Shown here in pieces: positions 12,700 to 25,790 of a DNA stretch of 64,000 bases (positions are counted from its first letter, which is position 1; every line of letters begins with the position of its first letter). The position numbers were made by a program, and so were the translations under genes. Source of the DNA: Antedon mediterranea (Eukaryota > Animalia > Echinodermata); assembly GCF_964355755.1 (NCBI RefSeq), contig NC_092674.1:14818001-14882000 (forward strand). The letters run 5' to 3'. The notes below the pieces were generated by a model, which saw only the letters and a list, made by a program, of their open reading frames with translations, did no database searches and was not told the DNA's origin.

Positions 12700-13215
12700 C
12701 CTAATAAAAAAAATACCGTTTCACGCGTAGTGCGCGTGCAAAAATCTGCGCACTCACGGCAATTTTTTAAACGCTTAAAATTGCCTGAAACGTACTCTTA
12801 TTTCATCGAAAATAAATTTTGAAAATTTTAAGCGCGCGTACGCATGCGTTACATGCGCTACGCACGTAATTGTATTGCCATAATGATTATTTATGCCCTG
12901 AAATTTATGAGTACCAAATTTTATTTAATTGTGATTCATGGTTGTGAAGATATGATTACAAACGTGATTTCATTAAATCGTGCGTAGACCGCGTATTTTG
13001 TTATTGCGCACCGTGAAAACATAACCACATCGATTCCTGGCCATAAGGAATATACTGTGAAAAATTGACTTAGCTAGATTAAACTGATATCAAGATAAGG
13101 TCAGAAAGCGATAAAACGCATAGTGATACCGGACCGACAAACAGACAGACCGACAGACCGACCGACATAGTGAATTATATAAACATATAGCAATTTCATG
13201 TGGAATTTCTAAGAT
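12700..13215. mobile_element. Helentron-associated (HINE/DINE-1-like) non-autonomous repeat; boundaries approximate
   Basis: (GACA/GACC)n microsatellite acagacagaccgacagaccgaccgacatagtgaattata at ~13130-13180, in the subterminal context typical of such elements. Confidence 0.4.
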
Positions 13216-13689
13216 AATTATGATTATTAACATTAAATGTTTACGCGGTAATAAGTCGATTTTAAAATTTAACAAATGCCCAAAAAACGTTTACGAATTT
13301 TGTCTGAAAGAGTGTCTACATAAGTTCCGTAACTATTTCGTAAAAGACGTTTTACACGATTTTTCAATTTCTTTTATATTTCCCAGTCTGAAATGCATTT
13401 AGTTAACTTAGCTTTCTTGAAGAGTTCCTTTTCTTTTGAATCATTTTTTGTAATCCAATGGTCTAATAATGTGTGCGTACTTTTCTTACATACGAGGAAT
13501 ACTGTCTCTAACAACAGCATCGAGCAAGTCCTCGAATCATTTTGAATCATGTGAAGGTCAGGTAATTGTATCAATCGGTGGAGTAAAATCCATAGGTTCA
13601 GTGAAATGTAGTAAGATGTATCGCGCCATTAAAATCTCTAGTTGACAGAATGCAATCACATTTATAGAACTCCTGTTTTAAATCAGAAA

Positions 13690-15090
13690 TATTATTTTCC
13701 AACGCACCTGTATTGGAAAAGTGGATGTTACCGCCACATAACCACCACCAAATAATCATTCATTCATTCAGCTACAGTTAAAATGGCCTCCATTGGCATA
13801 GGCCTATATGAAATAGACAACTTTGTGAATCTATCTATTCGGTTGGTTTATTACTATCGAACTAGCGTAAAGATGTATATGTTTACGTAAATTACGTGTA
13901 GGCTTACATAATGAGAACGTTCGAAAAGAATTTATGGAAAACACTTCGAAAAATATAAAAACGTTTTGTTATCATTAACACACGACAACGAGATGGTACA
14001 AATATGAAACAACAAGGAATGTCTTTACCAAACGTTTTAGTAGTGAGGAAACTGAAATTGATAATAAAGGTAGATCATAGAGATTTTTTCTCTGGGTAGA
14101 TGAAGATGTGCTAGGAACATCATACCATGCATCATTGTAAACAAAGAAAAGGGCATCATCTTTTAGAAGAAGAGAACGAGAAGCAATTAACATACATTTA
14201 AATATGTTTTGAAGTTTTCAATGTTTTTATTAGCAGCTCCAAAACCTCAGCGGTGGGAGGTGACAAATTCCCTTCTAGTAATCCGACAACGAACTCATAA
14301 GAAGCAGAATATAATTTGAATAGAATTAGACGGATGACGATATAATATAATATAATGCTACATACATTTTTTAAATGTTTGTTTGTATCAACATGCTATG
14401 AAAAACCTGTATCCAGTTACCGGTATTACAATTAATATTATTGTCAGTCAAACAATCAGAAAGCAGTATTGTAATGACATCACTGTACATTAGAAAGATC
14501 AAGTCATCCAATCTTAAAGATGTATTGTCCCCTGAAAAACAAAAAAATGAAGGTCAAAATATACTAAATTTTAATTGGCCATATCAAAGTAATATTAGTT
14601 ATTCACTTTAAGTCGAAAATTTGAGCCAAAAACAACAATTTTACGTAATTAACAGCTAAATTAATTTGATTACATTTCGTCTGGAAAATAGTCGCGAGCG
14701 AAAGTAAACAAAGATTTCAAACCATGAGTATACAGTATGCATCACTCGTCACTGTTGAGAGGGTGTTTTCATACAGATCGCGAGGAAATTTTATGATTAT
14801 GCATACAGAGTAGCCAAATAAGCGCATTGCGTTATAAGATTATGTTTTGATCGAAAACTTTGACTGGAAGTCAAAAAACGTCTGTATTTCAGTTAAATTA
14901 TTTTTTTTTTCGACTAATTTTTGGTGAAAGTTATTTACTATTATGATACTTCAAAATGACCCACTTTTTTTCAAAATCTTTTTATTCTTATTTTTTTGGA
15001 ATTTGACAAAGGAACAATACATCTTTAAAGAAAAATAGTATTTTATGATGTCACATACATTACAAAATATTCCAGTTAATTGTTCGTGTT
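13690..15090 (+). mobile_element. Diverged, internally deleted relic related to the Transib at 9093
   Basis: 13705-14005 is colinear with 9717-9995 (tgtattggaaaag, atggcctcca, atgtttacgt.aatt, agatggtacaa.tatg); 14452-14500 resembles 11248-11298; 15030-15078 resembles 11406-11455; no TIRs seen. Confidence 0.65.
14518..15024. mobile_element. Kolobok-type MITE
   Basis: TTAA TSD on both sides; TIR agatgtattgtcccct / aaggaacaatacatct with AG..CT ends; the same end recurs at 48670. Confidence 0.85.
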
Positions 15091-15737
15091 TGCAGCAATA
15101 CTTATTACAAATACTAATGATATTAATTTAATTGACAGACGACGTCCGTGATGAAGATTTTATTCAGGGTGTTGTTTTTCAGCGTTTGCAGCAGCTCTTG
15201 AAACTGATGCAGTATTTATCACCATATCTCAATAGTTTCGTGTAAGTAAGTAAGTAATATTTATTGCTTTCCAAATACAGTACAAATAAATAAAACAGTA
15301 TAATGTAAATGAAATAAAAAGAGAAACATTGAATATAAAAATACAAGACTAGACAAGAAAATAAGCATGGAAAGCAGGGGATGGCCCTTTAAGCCCAGAG
15401 GCTTGTTTCCAAAGGGGTCCCCAACATAATAAAACAATATTACAATAATTATACAAAAATATGGATCTATTATTATTTTATACAGTATTACAAATTAATT
15501 TAATTACATGTTAGATTTATGCCGAATTCTGATAATCATTATTATTATAAAAATATCTACTATTATTTACAAGAAAGTCAATCATAATTTTAGGTCTATA
15601 TAATTTGCATATTTGTTAATAAAAATTTCTTAAGAGTCCTTTTAAAACTATTGTGTGTAAAAATAGTTTTATTTCTATTGCTAATTTGTTCCACAGTGTG
15701 ATTGCATTAAAAAAAAAAGGTCTTACTAACAGTATAG

Positions 15738-17140
15738 TTATTCATTCATTGGAACAATAAAATTACAATCTTTACCTCTAGTACCATGGTTATGATTTAT
15801 CCTATTAAAATTATTTAACATAAAGTCTGGACAACTTTTTATATATATTGTCTGTACGTGTTGTAGTGTCATTTGTTCGGCCCTGGTTTTAACATCTAAT
15901 AAACCAAGAAAAGTATAATCGTCTTTGGTGATATGGTATCTATTATGTTTCCCTAAGATGAATCTAATTACTTTATTTTGTGTTCTTTGAAGTTTAGTAC
16001 GGGAATCCGCGGTTGTACCCCAGTACCAGGATGATATAGCATAATTTATATGGCTTAGAGCCAGGGCTTCCATTATGAGTTTACGAATACAGCGATCAAA
16101 GTTACGACAATTCCTATACGCAAATTTAATACGACCATTAACTTTCTTAATAATTGTTGAGACAATTGATTCACTATTAAGCCTATTGCTTAGTTCGATA
16201 CCAAGGTATTTTATAGAGCTATTCAAAGAAATTGTATAGCCATTGTAAAGGACGCTAAAATGTGTGTAGTTCTTGAGAGACATCCTGGGACCAAACAACA
16301 TTAGTTCAGTTTTTCCCATGTGAAGTGATAAATTATTGTCATTTAACCATTTATTACAATTAGACAGATCCCTAGCAAGATTTTTACTGATGATATCAGG
16401 ATCATGATGAGCATTGATAATTGCACTATCGTCAGCATATTGCATTAACAATGATGAGACGGACATAGGCATATCATTGACGTAGATGAGGAACAGGAGT
16501 GGTCCCAGGATGCTCCCTTGTGGCACTCCACATACAATTTCTGAAGGCTCTGAAACAGCCCCACCAATATTGACTGTTTGATGTCTACATTCCAGATATG
16601 ATTTAAACCAGCTGACAGATTCGATTCCAATTTTTCTGAGTTTCTTACAAAGTAAGTCATGACTAACGCAGTCAAAAGCTTTTTGGATGTCAATAAGTAA
16701 GATACCAGTAAATTTCCCTTTCGCTGTTTGAGTTTTAATGAAGTCTGTCAAGTGAATTAAACAGTGATCTGTTGAAAAGGACTGTCTGAAACCAGACTGA
16801 AAACGATATAAAAGCTTGTTCCTTTCCAAAAACTCAATTAATTGTGAGTGAACAATCTTTTCTACAATTTTTGACACCACAGACAGTATACTGACAGGCC
16901 TATAGTTAGCAGTTTCAAGATTACTTTTTTCTTGTAAATTGGTCGAACACGAGCCAATTTCATCTCATTTGGAAAACATTCCGTTTCAAATGAGAAATTG
17001 ATAATCCGTGTTATGGGAGTTGCAATAATTTCGGACGCATCCCTTAAAAAACGTGCGGGTATGCCATCTAGACCTGTACTTTTATTTATACTGAGACCCA
17101 AGATCTCCTTTTTAACTATATCGTTGTTTACAGGTTGCAA
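15738..17140 (-). pseudogene. LINE reverse transcriptase, frameshifted near 16870 and disconnected from the upstream ORF
   Basis: KSTGLDGIP, QSGFR, DIQKAFDCV, GVPQGSILGPLLF, YADD, KYLGI. Confidence 0.92.
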
Positions 17141-17392
17141 GGAAAATTTGTCAGTACCGTCATAGTATTTTTTAAAATTCTCAGAATTTACATCAAATTC
17201 GTATGACCTTTGCGGGAGCTTTCTTACCAGATCTGATGCTACGTTTGTAAAAAACGAGTTAAAGTGACTGGCAATAATGTTTGGCTCACTACATAGTTTG
17301 TCATTTATTTTAAGAGTAATCGAAGCAGTTTCATTTTGTTTGTTTTGATACCCAAGATCTTTTATAACCTTCCATAACTTTTTAGGGTTATG

Positions 17393-19057
17393 TCAATTTG
17401 TATTGATCTTGTCAATGAAATGAGTCTGCTTTGCTTCTTTTATATTTCTTTGTACCTGATTTCTAAGTTTAGGCCTACAGTATTCAGTACGATATAATAA
17501 ATTACGAGTTCTTTTGAATTTTTTAAGATAAATATCCCTGGCCTTAATAATTTTGAGTATGTCAGGTGTCATCCACGGCTGAGAAGAGTGTCTAATTCTG
17601 ACTTCTTTTACAGGAGCAACTTTATCCAAAACATTTGTGAAATTTACACAAAAGGCTTGCCACGAACAATCAACGGTTTCTGCCTTGTGAACATTGTCCC
17701 AATCAGTCTCTTGAAGAAGACGTATAAACTTTTCTCTATTGTAGTTTTTAGTTGATCTAATCTTCACCTTTTTATGCGTGTGGTGTTTTTGTCGCTGTGT
17801 GTGACGAGTGGCATATATAGGAAAGTGATCACTGAAGCCTATAGATAGCACTCCGAATTTGTTTAGTTTGTCCAAAGAGTTGGTGATAATATGATCAAGA
17901 CAAGATTCGCAGGAATCACAGATGCGTGTGGGTTCGCTCATAATTTGAGACATTCCACTAATGTGCAGAGTCTGTTGGAATTTGATATAGTTGCTATCCT
18001 TTTTCAAGCTACACATGTTTGTATCTCCGAAAATGTAGATCTCCGAGTTTCTCGGTAGTTGTTCCATAATGTCATCCATTCCATCAATAAATTCACCATG
18101 ACGTTGTTTTGGTGGCCGATAACAGACTCCAACGATAATAGGCCTTGTTCTTGGGAGATGTACTTCAGACCATAGTGCCTCAATGTTGGCATTGTCACAG
18201 TCAGACCGCATAGTAATGGCCAGGGTAGACTTGAAGTACAGACATACTCCACCACCTGCTCTGACACGGTCTCGACGATATAGTTGGAAGTCTGGGATGT
18301 GTATTTCATTATCAGTAATGGAACTGTCAAGGTGCGTTTCAGTGACAGCAATGACTGCCACTTTGGTTCCACCAACAAGTGTTCTAAGTTCAGATATTTT
18401 GGGTAGTAGAGACCGCGCATTAACATGAAGAAAATGCATGCCTTTTCCTATCAGTACCTCTGCAGGATCAATGATAGAGTCCGAATTACTGCTGGAATCG
18501 TTGTTGATTCCACATACTAGCGGATCCAAGTTGAGCAATGCATCGTTTTCATTTGTATCCGAAGAGATACTAAAGAATGAATCATTCAGTTTTGGGAGTG
18601 CACAAAGATGGCAGCACCAGTCAGAAGACCTATGTTTGAAGAATGTTCTAAACCTATGAGGATTAATGTAGACACAACTAGCATGGAAATTCCTAGAACA
18701 ATTAAAGCATTTAAGCTGTTGTCGGTTTTTTGCAATCTTTCTTTCACAAACATGACAATGAATCGGAGGTGTATTTCGATTTGTATTGTTATTATGATTC
18801 ATGTTTGATTCTGGTCCAGGATTAGAGTGGACATCCCCACATTCGGTCAAGTCAATATTATAAGTGGAGATTGAATTGTGATCATATTGTACTCTACTTT
18901 TTGAGAACTTGCACTTTTTGTAAGGATGTTCCAAGAGTTTGATGTTACTATGGGGTTGTAAATACCTGGGAATATCAGACACATTATGTTTAGTAACGTG
19001 AAAGAGTGCAAACAACCAGAACAACAAGGGGATGGTAATTCTACGCATAGTGTGCAA
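17393..19057 (-). CDS. LINE polyprotein N-terminal part: hydrophobic leader, 2A-like motif, PHD finger, APE endonuclease
   Basis: CGDVHSNPGP; CHVC..C..C...FHASC...WCCHLC; HVNARSL, VTETHL, GGGVCLY, CYRPP, GDTN, LDHI, SDHFPI. Confidence 0.85.
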   Translation of the reverse strand: MHTMRRITIPLLFWLFALFHVTKHNVSDIPRYLQPHSNIKLLEHPYKKCKFSKSRVQYDHNSISTYNIDLTECGDVHSNPGPESNMNHNNNTNRNTPPIHCHVCERKIAKNRQQLKCFNCSRNFHASCVYINPHRFRTFFKHRSSDWCCHLCALPKLNDSFFSISSDTNENDALLNLDPLVCGINNDSSSNSDSIIDPAEVLIGKGMHFLHVNARSLLPKISELRTLVGGTKVAVIAVTETHLDSSITDNEIHIPDFQLYRRDRVRAGGGVCLYFKSTLAITMRSDCDNANIEALWSEVHLPRTRPIIVGVCYRPPKQRHGEFIDGMDDIMEQLPRNSEIYIFGDTNMCSLKKDSNYIKFQQTLHISGMSQIMSEPTRICDSCESCLDHIITNSLDKLNKFGVLSIGFSDHFPIYATRHTQRQKHHTHKKVKIRSTKNYNREKFIRLLQETDWDNVHKAETVDCSWQAFCVNFTNVLDKVAPVKEVRIRHSSQPWMTPDILKIIKARDIYLKKFKRTRNLLYRTEYCRPKLRNQVQRNIKEAKQTHFIDKINTN

Positions 19058-19413
19058 AAAAAACCCCCAAAAACTACAGGCCTAAGTATATCTTACTATG
19101 TAATAACAGCCTAATTTGCCTAATACTAAATTACCAAAAAAAGAAGAATAAGACAATAAAAGAAATCGTTCTTTGTTGTTGTTTGTTTCCGCGATGGTAG
19201 TACGGTCTACACGTTCGATTTCAATATCGGCTGATTCTTCCAGGTTCATGTGTTCAGAGAGGATAATTTATCTAACATTAACGTCATAACTTGAGATGTT
19301 TTCACCTGCTCTGATTTTTCGGAACGTTGTGGAACATAATGGTTAAAAACCAGGCGGGTTAGGTTGTAAAAACTGCTAATATTTACATAAATTACAGCAG
19401 CTCGAATGGAGTG

Positions 19414-19692
19414 GAGCTGTGGCTTGGTGGTTATGATGCTTGGCTACCAATCTAAGGGTCCTGGGTTCAAGTCCTGTCATATGTCAGGGTTTTTTCTCAT
19501 GACAATTTACAACTCCACTCCCAAAGACTTAATAATAAGTCTTTGTTTATGTAGAGCATCTTGTGTATTTGTTTGTCTTGTGAAATTTTAAATAGTTTAT
19601 CCATCCTGTAATTGGCGGGTTACTCGCTGTTGGATGAGTATAAAATAAAATAAAAAAAAAAAAAATAAAAAAAAAAAAAAAAAAAAAAAAAA
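19414..19692 (+). mobile_element. tRNA-derived SINE
   Basis: Pol III A box tggcttggtgg and B box ggttcaagtcc in a tRNA-like head, ~170-bp body, long (TAAAA)n/poly-A tail at 19641-19692. Confidence 0.85.
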
Positions 19693-19964
19693 TGAAATAC
19701 GTCTTATTCTAATACAAGTCAGATGTCTTCTGAATTAATTGTTTAATTTTGTTGTTGTAACAACCCTGGGTTTTTTGTTGTTTTGTTAGATTGCGATATT
19801 GCTACATCGTTTAAATAAAATGTACGGGTTGTTTAAGGTATTTTCAATACCAAACAAGTTATTACTTTGTTTATATGTACTGTTTTGTTTATCGTGAAGA
19901 ATTTTGTTCGGCGGACATTGTCGAATGGAGATTCAAATCATTAACATTCGACAGGCACATTTAA

Positions 19965-21014
19965 CACTTTGACTGCCAGAGGTTTTTCCAGTTAGAAACT
20001 GCCACCGCCAGCGTTTTTAGCCCAATTCGATGTTTTTATTAAAGCTGATTGAAACCATGTATGTGATCTGATTTATATGTAATTTAGACTAAAATAATCA
20101 TAAAGATTTTAGCTTTACAATGGTACCAAGAACGATTTTTAAATCGCAATATGTAAATCGTAATAGTAAAATGAAAGTAACCCACTTTTTGAATTTTTCG
20201 TAGTTTCGCGCAAGAAAGTCGAGATATTCGCGATTTTGTGCAAGACATCACAATATGAAAATATCGCCCGGTGAGATCAACAAACAACGAACAAGTTACT
20301 TACACGGCACCGATAGGCCTATAAAAACAAGTTATCACTATCGAAAAATGTATTACATTTTATAAATCATAAATCTTACATCAATGTTTCGCCAAAATCC
20401 ACATAGTAAAGACACCAGGCCTAGTTAACCAGGCCTAAAGTTGGTCCGGAACCGTTTTACGACTAGGGCTAGGCTAGCCTAGTACTACTAGCCTAGGCCT
20501 AGGAGATAGTAAACTGATGATTATAACCATACCATTTCAAAACAAGTTTGTTGCGTGAAACTCGGCCACTTTCAGGAAAGCACCAAAACAATTAGGGTAT
20601 ACATACAATAATAAAATTAAAGACTTCATATTGAAAATGACTCCATTATTTTTTATTCAGATAACAAACAAACATGTCAATCCACAAAAACCTTTGTAAT
20701 GCTTCGGCGGCATAGCTAGCGCGCGACCGATACACAATGCGCCAAGCCATCGCTCTACGCGCTACTGTGATGCGCGGTGTTTGTTATTTCGACAGGTACC
20801 ATTTTGACAGTCGTTCGTAACCAGATTAGTTACTTTCAAATTGTAAAATATTAACGGTCCAGACCGAATATAGTGTTCATATTTATAGTATATACCAATA
20901 ATTAACCTATCTACCGGATTTCATAAAAAAACGCGAAAAACGAAGATCTTCGTTTTTGGCAGTCAAGCGTTGTGTTTCCAAAAACGAAGATCTTCGTGTT
21001 TGGCAGTCAAAGTG
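19965..21014. mobile_element. piggyBac-type MITE
   Basis: TTAA TSD; 14-bp TIR cactttgactgcca / tggcagtcaaagtg; duplicated subterminal aaaaacgaagatcttcgt.tttggcagtcaa. Confidence 0.85.
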
Positions 21015-22221
21015 TTAAATTTGTCTATGTTCTTATAAGTAATAAGTAAACTTATACAATTATTGCAATTGCTTAATTTCTTATATTTTGGTTTACCAAC
21101 TAGCAAATGTACACGTAATTGGTCTTTTCTTGCCTGTTTTGTTATTGGCAGAAATTTGAATAAATAAGAAAAAAAAAATGATAATACTAAATAGACCTCC
21201 CTACAGTACCATATTACTACAGTACCATAGAAGAATTTTTTTATTGACGCTTACCTTTTAAAATATTTACAAGTTTAGAATTTCATGTGATGATCAAATA
21301 AAGATAAATACGGTAGATTGTGTGGAAAAGTTTGAAACTAAAAGAACTATAGATGGCGCTAAAAAACTGCTAGATTGGCGCGCCCCTCTCTCGCACAAAA
21401 AACAAAGTTGGTCAAAAGGAGGAAGGAGGAAGACCAAAGATGTATAGCGGCGCTATACAATCTGACAAAAAAAGACGACTTCATAAGTTTATCATCATCT
21501 CTTTCTTTGATGTCATCCTCTCTCACACGTCACACACGTACACACCGCATGTGCAAAGAAGATGCCGCCATTAAAAAAAAGTAAGACAGTTTTGTCCCAC
21601 ATTAAATGTTTGTGTTGTTATTAACATAATATATAAAGCAAATAAAATATCAGATAAACCTAGTGAGCGTCAATATTGAAGCTATAAGGAGACTGCAGTT
21701 AGTGGAAATGGGCTTTGAAAAGTAGCTGCATGACGTGCCTGCTGCACACACACGTCGTCACACACAGCAGCAGGACGGTGTCTGATCATTTCGGCCGCTG
21801 GTTTAGTTATGGCAGGGAGTTGTAATTAGATTTCATTTTTCATTTCATTTATTTATTCGACCAACAAAACATATATACAATGTAGGCCTACAAAGATGAA
21901 ATTGGTCAGGGACTGCTAAAGTAATAGGCTACGATTACTGTAACTATAATAACAAGATTTGCTAATTAACTCCCTGGTTATGGAACGATTTCGATCCAAG
22001 TCGGCCCTAAACCGTCTCGGCCAAAGTCAAGTCGGCCCCAAGTCAACTCGGCCTCAAGTCAACTCGGCCCCGTTAACGTATGGAATGCAAAAGGTGCAAA
22101 GGAAGGGGATTGATGAAATAATATTTCTTCACATTTTTTTACCTATGAATAATTCTGACTTTTAATAGCAAGCAATATTTGATGAAAAATTTAAAGGCAT
22201 TGAATTCACTTCATTTTAGCA

Positions 22222-25200
22222 TAGTAAGAAAGGGTAGGATTATAGTAGGGATAACGATGTAAAATTAAAAGTTAATATTTTTCAAACAAATTATACATTG
22301 CCTGTTAGTATTTTGTATCAATATTATAATAAAGAAAGAATTATGAAAATATGACTTGTAGTTTTCGAAATATAGGGTTTAAAACATCGCCGAAAATGAT
22401 CGTTTTTAGCCACGAACGATGTAAACAAATTGCGCCCTCAGACGACAATTGTATGAACTAGTAATTTTTCGTAAAAATAATTATATAAAATCACGATTTT
22501 AAGTAACATATTTTATATATCAACATTGTAAAATTCAATAAAATATGATATTACTTATTTATTATATAAAAAAGAGTGTTTATTTAACCTCGTTCGAAGA
22601 ATTTCAATGCATTATTTTCCTGTGTAATTGGACAGGCCCGACACCATGTGACTTCACGGCACTCGCGAGAAAATTATTCCGCTGTGTGTTGAATCGCGTC
22701 AACCAATCAAAGGGCGAGAATCCAAAATCGTTCAACCGTGAGACTTGCGGAGCGGTCGAATGCGGAGGTTTGATTGGCTTGCGATGACATCATACCATAA
22801 AATGGCGTTTTTGTAGTTGAGCCCCTCGGAATTTTTCAAAAATTATTTAAAAAATGGACTAAACGGATATTTTTTATGGTATATGGGTTGTTACTATGAA
22901 ATATTCGAATCATAAAGGCCTCATATCGGGATAAAATTGTTTTTTTAGCAGTTAAAATTAATATTTTTCTTAGTAACAAGCACATGGTATGTGGAACTAT
23001 ATTATCTTGGTGTAGGAATAAAAAACATTTTGAGGTCATAAGAGGCTCAACTACAAAAATAAGGTTGAAATGGTAGGTCATTGAGCCTTCCGAGGGTTTT
23101 GTAGTAAACAAAAGCTATACGCGCTAGGCGATAACGATCTTTTAACCACTATATTCACATTTTTGGTTGAATGAAATGGAAATAAAAAATACTTGATCTT
23201 ATAGAATAATAGGTAAATAAATATATACTCAAAATGATATATTTATAATTAATTTATTTTCAGAACAATTACCAAATAAAAAGTGTTTACCAAAGTAAAA
23301 AAACACCGCGTCAATGACATTGCGCGCATAGTAACGTGCGCGCTGTTTAATCGTGGTAATGAAAATGGAGTCAGCTCTCGGTATCCCTAATTATAGCTTT
23401 TATTTGCCACCTCCCTTTTAGTCAATTTGGACATTGGCTTCCAGAGTTATCGCAATTTGAAAATTTGAAAAATCATGATTTTTCGTTAAAAACAGATCAA
23501 AACAAAACAAAACAAAACAGATGTATATACAGGTAGTTATCAAGCTAATTAAATATTCATAAAAAGGTAAACAACTTTTAAACAAATGTAAAATCTATAT
23601 GAAACATGAAACATAATTTCTTCATGTTTTTTCACCTATAGGTACCTCAAGTCTCAACGACCCCATTTTGGCAAAATTTTTATTATATTCGACATTGCGA
23701 ATATGTTACCATGACAACCAGAATTTGTGTAAACAAGAAAATAAACAAATGGATTTAACTCAATTTTTAAGCATATTTTATTACTAAAACAAAGTTATTA
23801 TGTTAGTTTCAATAAATTGTCAACAAACTAAATAATTTTTAATTTCATAAGATGAACAGTTACCATAGCAACAAGACTTTAATTTGTTTACTAATAATTT
23901 GAATGTGATGCGCAAAAAGATGTCAACCTATAAAAAGGTAAACAAGTGTACAGAATATATATAAAACTTGTTTTTTCACCAATAGGTACTATTAATACCA
24001 AGTGACAACAACCACATTAAAACAAATTTGATTATGTGGTGGAAATAAGTTACCATGGCAACCAGCATTTATGTAAACAAGAAAATAAACAATTGGATTT
24101 AAATCGATATTTAAGAGTGTTTGCATACAAAAACAAAGTTATTCTCTTAGTTTTAACAAATTGTCAGCAAACTAAGTATATAATTTTTAACTTTTTTAAG
24201 ACGAACAGTTACCAAAGCAACAAACATTAATTTGTTTACTAATAATTTATATACAATATATATTATGATGCGCAAAAAGATGTTGCTTTAAAAAGGTAAA
24301 CAAGTGTAGAACATAAAACTTAATTTCTTCATTGTTTTTTTCACCAATACTGTAGGTACTTACCAAGTCTCAACAACCACATTTTTGAAGAAAAAAATGA
24401 TTGTGTATGTTACTAATAAGTTACCATGGCAACCAGAATTAATGTAAACAAAAAATTGGGCGTCCAACACTAATGATCATTTTGTTTTTTCGTACTTGTA
24501 AACGTAATTTTTACTGCATCTTCAACACATCATCAAATCAACAGCAGTAATAAACCAAAGCAGTCAACAGTAATACAAAAAATACATTCATTTATTTTTT
24601 GTTTGCAACACATTTATTTAAAAGTAAGCGAGTTAATGTAGTCTACAGTATAGCAGATTTTAATAAATGTGTGTTTATACATGGTTTATATGTAATATTC
24701 TTATGTTTGTCTTGATTAGTATAGCTCAAATTCATTTTAATAATTAAATTATACTATATAGTATGATAAACTACTAATTAAACTATGATTTGTGGAATTT
24801 ATATATTTCTTATTGGTTAAAATATCAGATTGGTAACTGGTGCGGGTATTTATATTGAATCTGAAATTAGAAAAATAAAAAAAAACAATTAGTATCGATA
24901 TTAATAATTTTATATATAAATAACAAATTTAACGTTAAAATAAAATATTTTCATTAGAAGACAATGTTGAACAATAAAAACAACAAATAACATGCAATTG
25001 CAAAATTCAGCAACAATAACACTTTAATTAAAAATAATCAACAAAAAACAGTATATAATAGAGGGAGTAAACCTACCAGATAGAACAGCAAACTTAATAA
25101 TCAAGGGACTGCACATGGTGGTGTTAACAACTAGGCTAACACCCTCTGTAATTAAAAATATCAATACAGTATTATTATTTAATTTACGGTATTTAAATAA

Positions 25201-25789
25201 CTCAAAATTCTAGAAAACTTTAAATATACATCAACAATTAAATTTACAATGTCAACAAACATTGTTTATTTATATACTAAATGATTTTATTATGGTTTTA
25301 TTGATTAACAAAAAGCTAGGCCAAGTGACCTTCAAATGACCTAGACTTGGCCTAAGAAAGTCGTTGGCGTCGGGAAGCGTCGCATTTAATCTGCTTGAAA
25401 TGATTGCATTCAAGTCAAAGACAACCTGTTCTTTCCGTTTTTCATATTGTTTTTAATGGGTCTTAGCTATAACCGTTATATTCGAAAAATTAGGTTAAAA
25501 ATCATTTTTTTATCACTCAATATTACTTACCTATTCTGAAATCAATAACTTTGCTTATAATAAACGGATCTTGATAATTTTTTTTTAAAACCGATAGGAA
25601 AAAAAAGATGGCGAAGGTAAACGATTAAAAAGGTGACATATACACCCACAATGCACCATAAAAACCGTTTGAACGGTACAAGGTAAACAACCGCTGGCGG
25701 CGTCAACTAAAACCAAGATTTTGCACAGCGAACTGAACCGAGTATATTGATGCGCAGAAACGATGCGCGGTAGCAAATTGCGGTCGCTA
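22222..25789 (+). mobile_element. Helitron-like non-autonomous repeat, copy A, with internal ~350-bp tandem units
   Basis: Starts tagtaagaaagggtagg; ends with hairpin gcgca-gaaacga-tgcgc then cggtcgCTAA; no TIR or TSD; head-to-tail with copy B. Confidence 0.5.
22246..23389. mobile_element. TAGGG-terminated element with 7-bp TSD (copy 2)
   Basis: Ends tagggataacga / tcggtatcccta; TSD ATTATAG at 22239-22245 and 23390-23396; empty site visible in copy B at ~25801-25820. Confidence 0.9.
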
Positions 25790-25790
25790 A

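Larger units (their letters stand above)
15242..19190 (-). mobile_element. Near full-length CR1-group (Crack/L2-like) non-LTR retrotransposon; 5' end approximate
   Basis: PHD-APE-RT coding region followed on the minus strand by AATAAA and a (TTAC)n tail at 15242-15265. Confidence 0.9.

Noticed and set aside
18004-18808. Overlapping and antisense ORFs in the LINE (also 34743-35468, 37021-38208 and 49218-49745)
   Set aside because: Shadow frames of real coding sequence with no motifs of their own
19414-19490. Functional tRNA gene
   Set aside because: Stems are imperfect and the sequence continues into a body and poly-A tail, as in a SINE
7021-23389. One 16-kb element with 1.15-kb TIRs
   Set aside because: Each repeat copy has its own short TIRs and its own different TSD, so they are independent insertions
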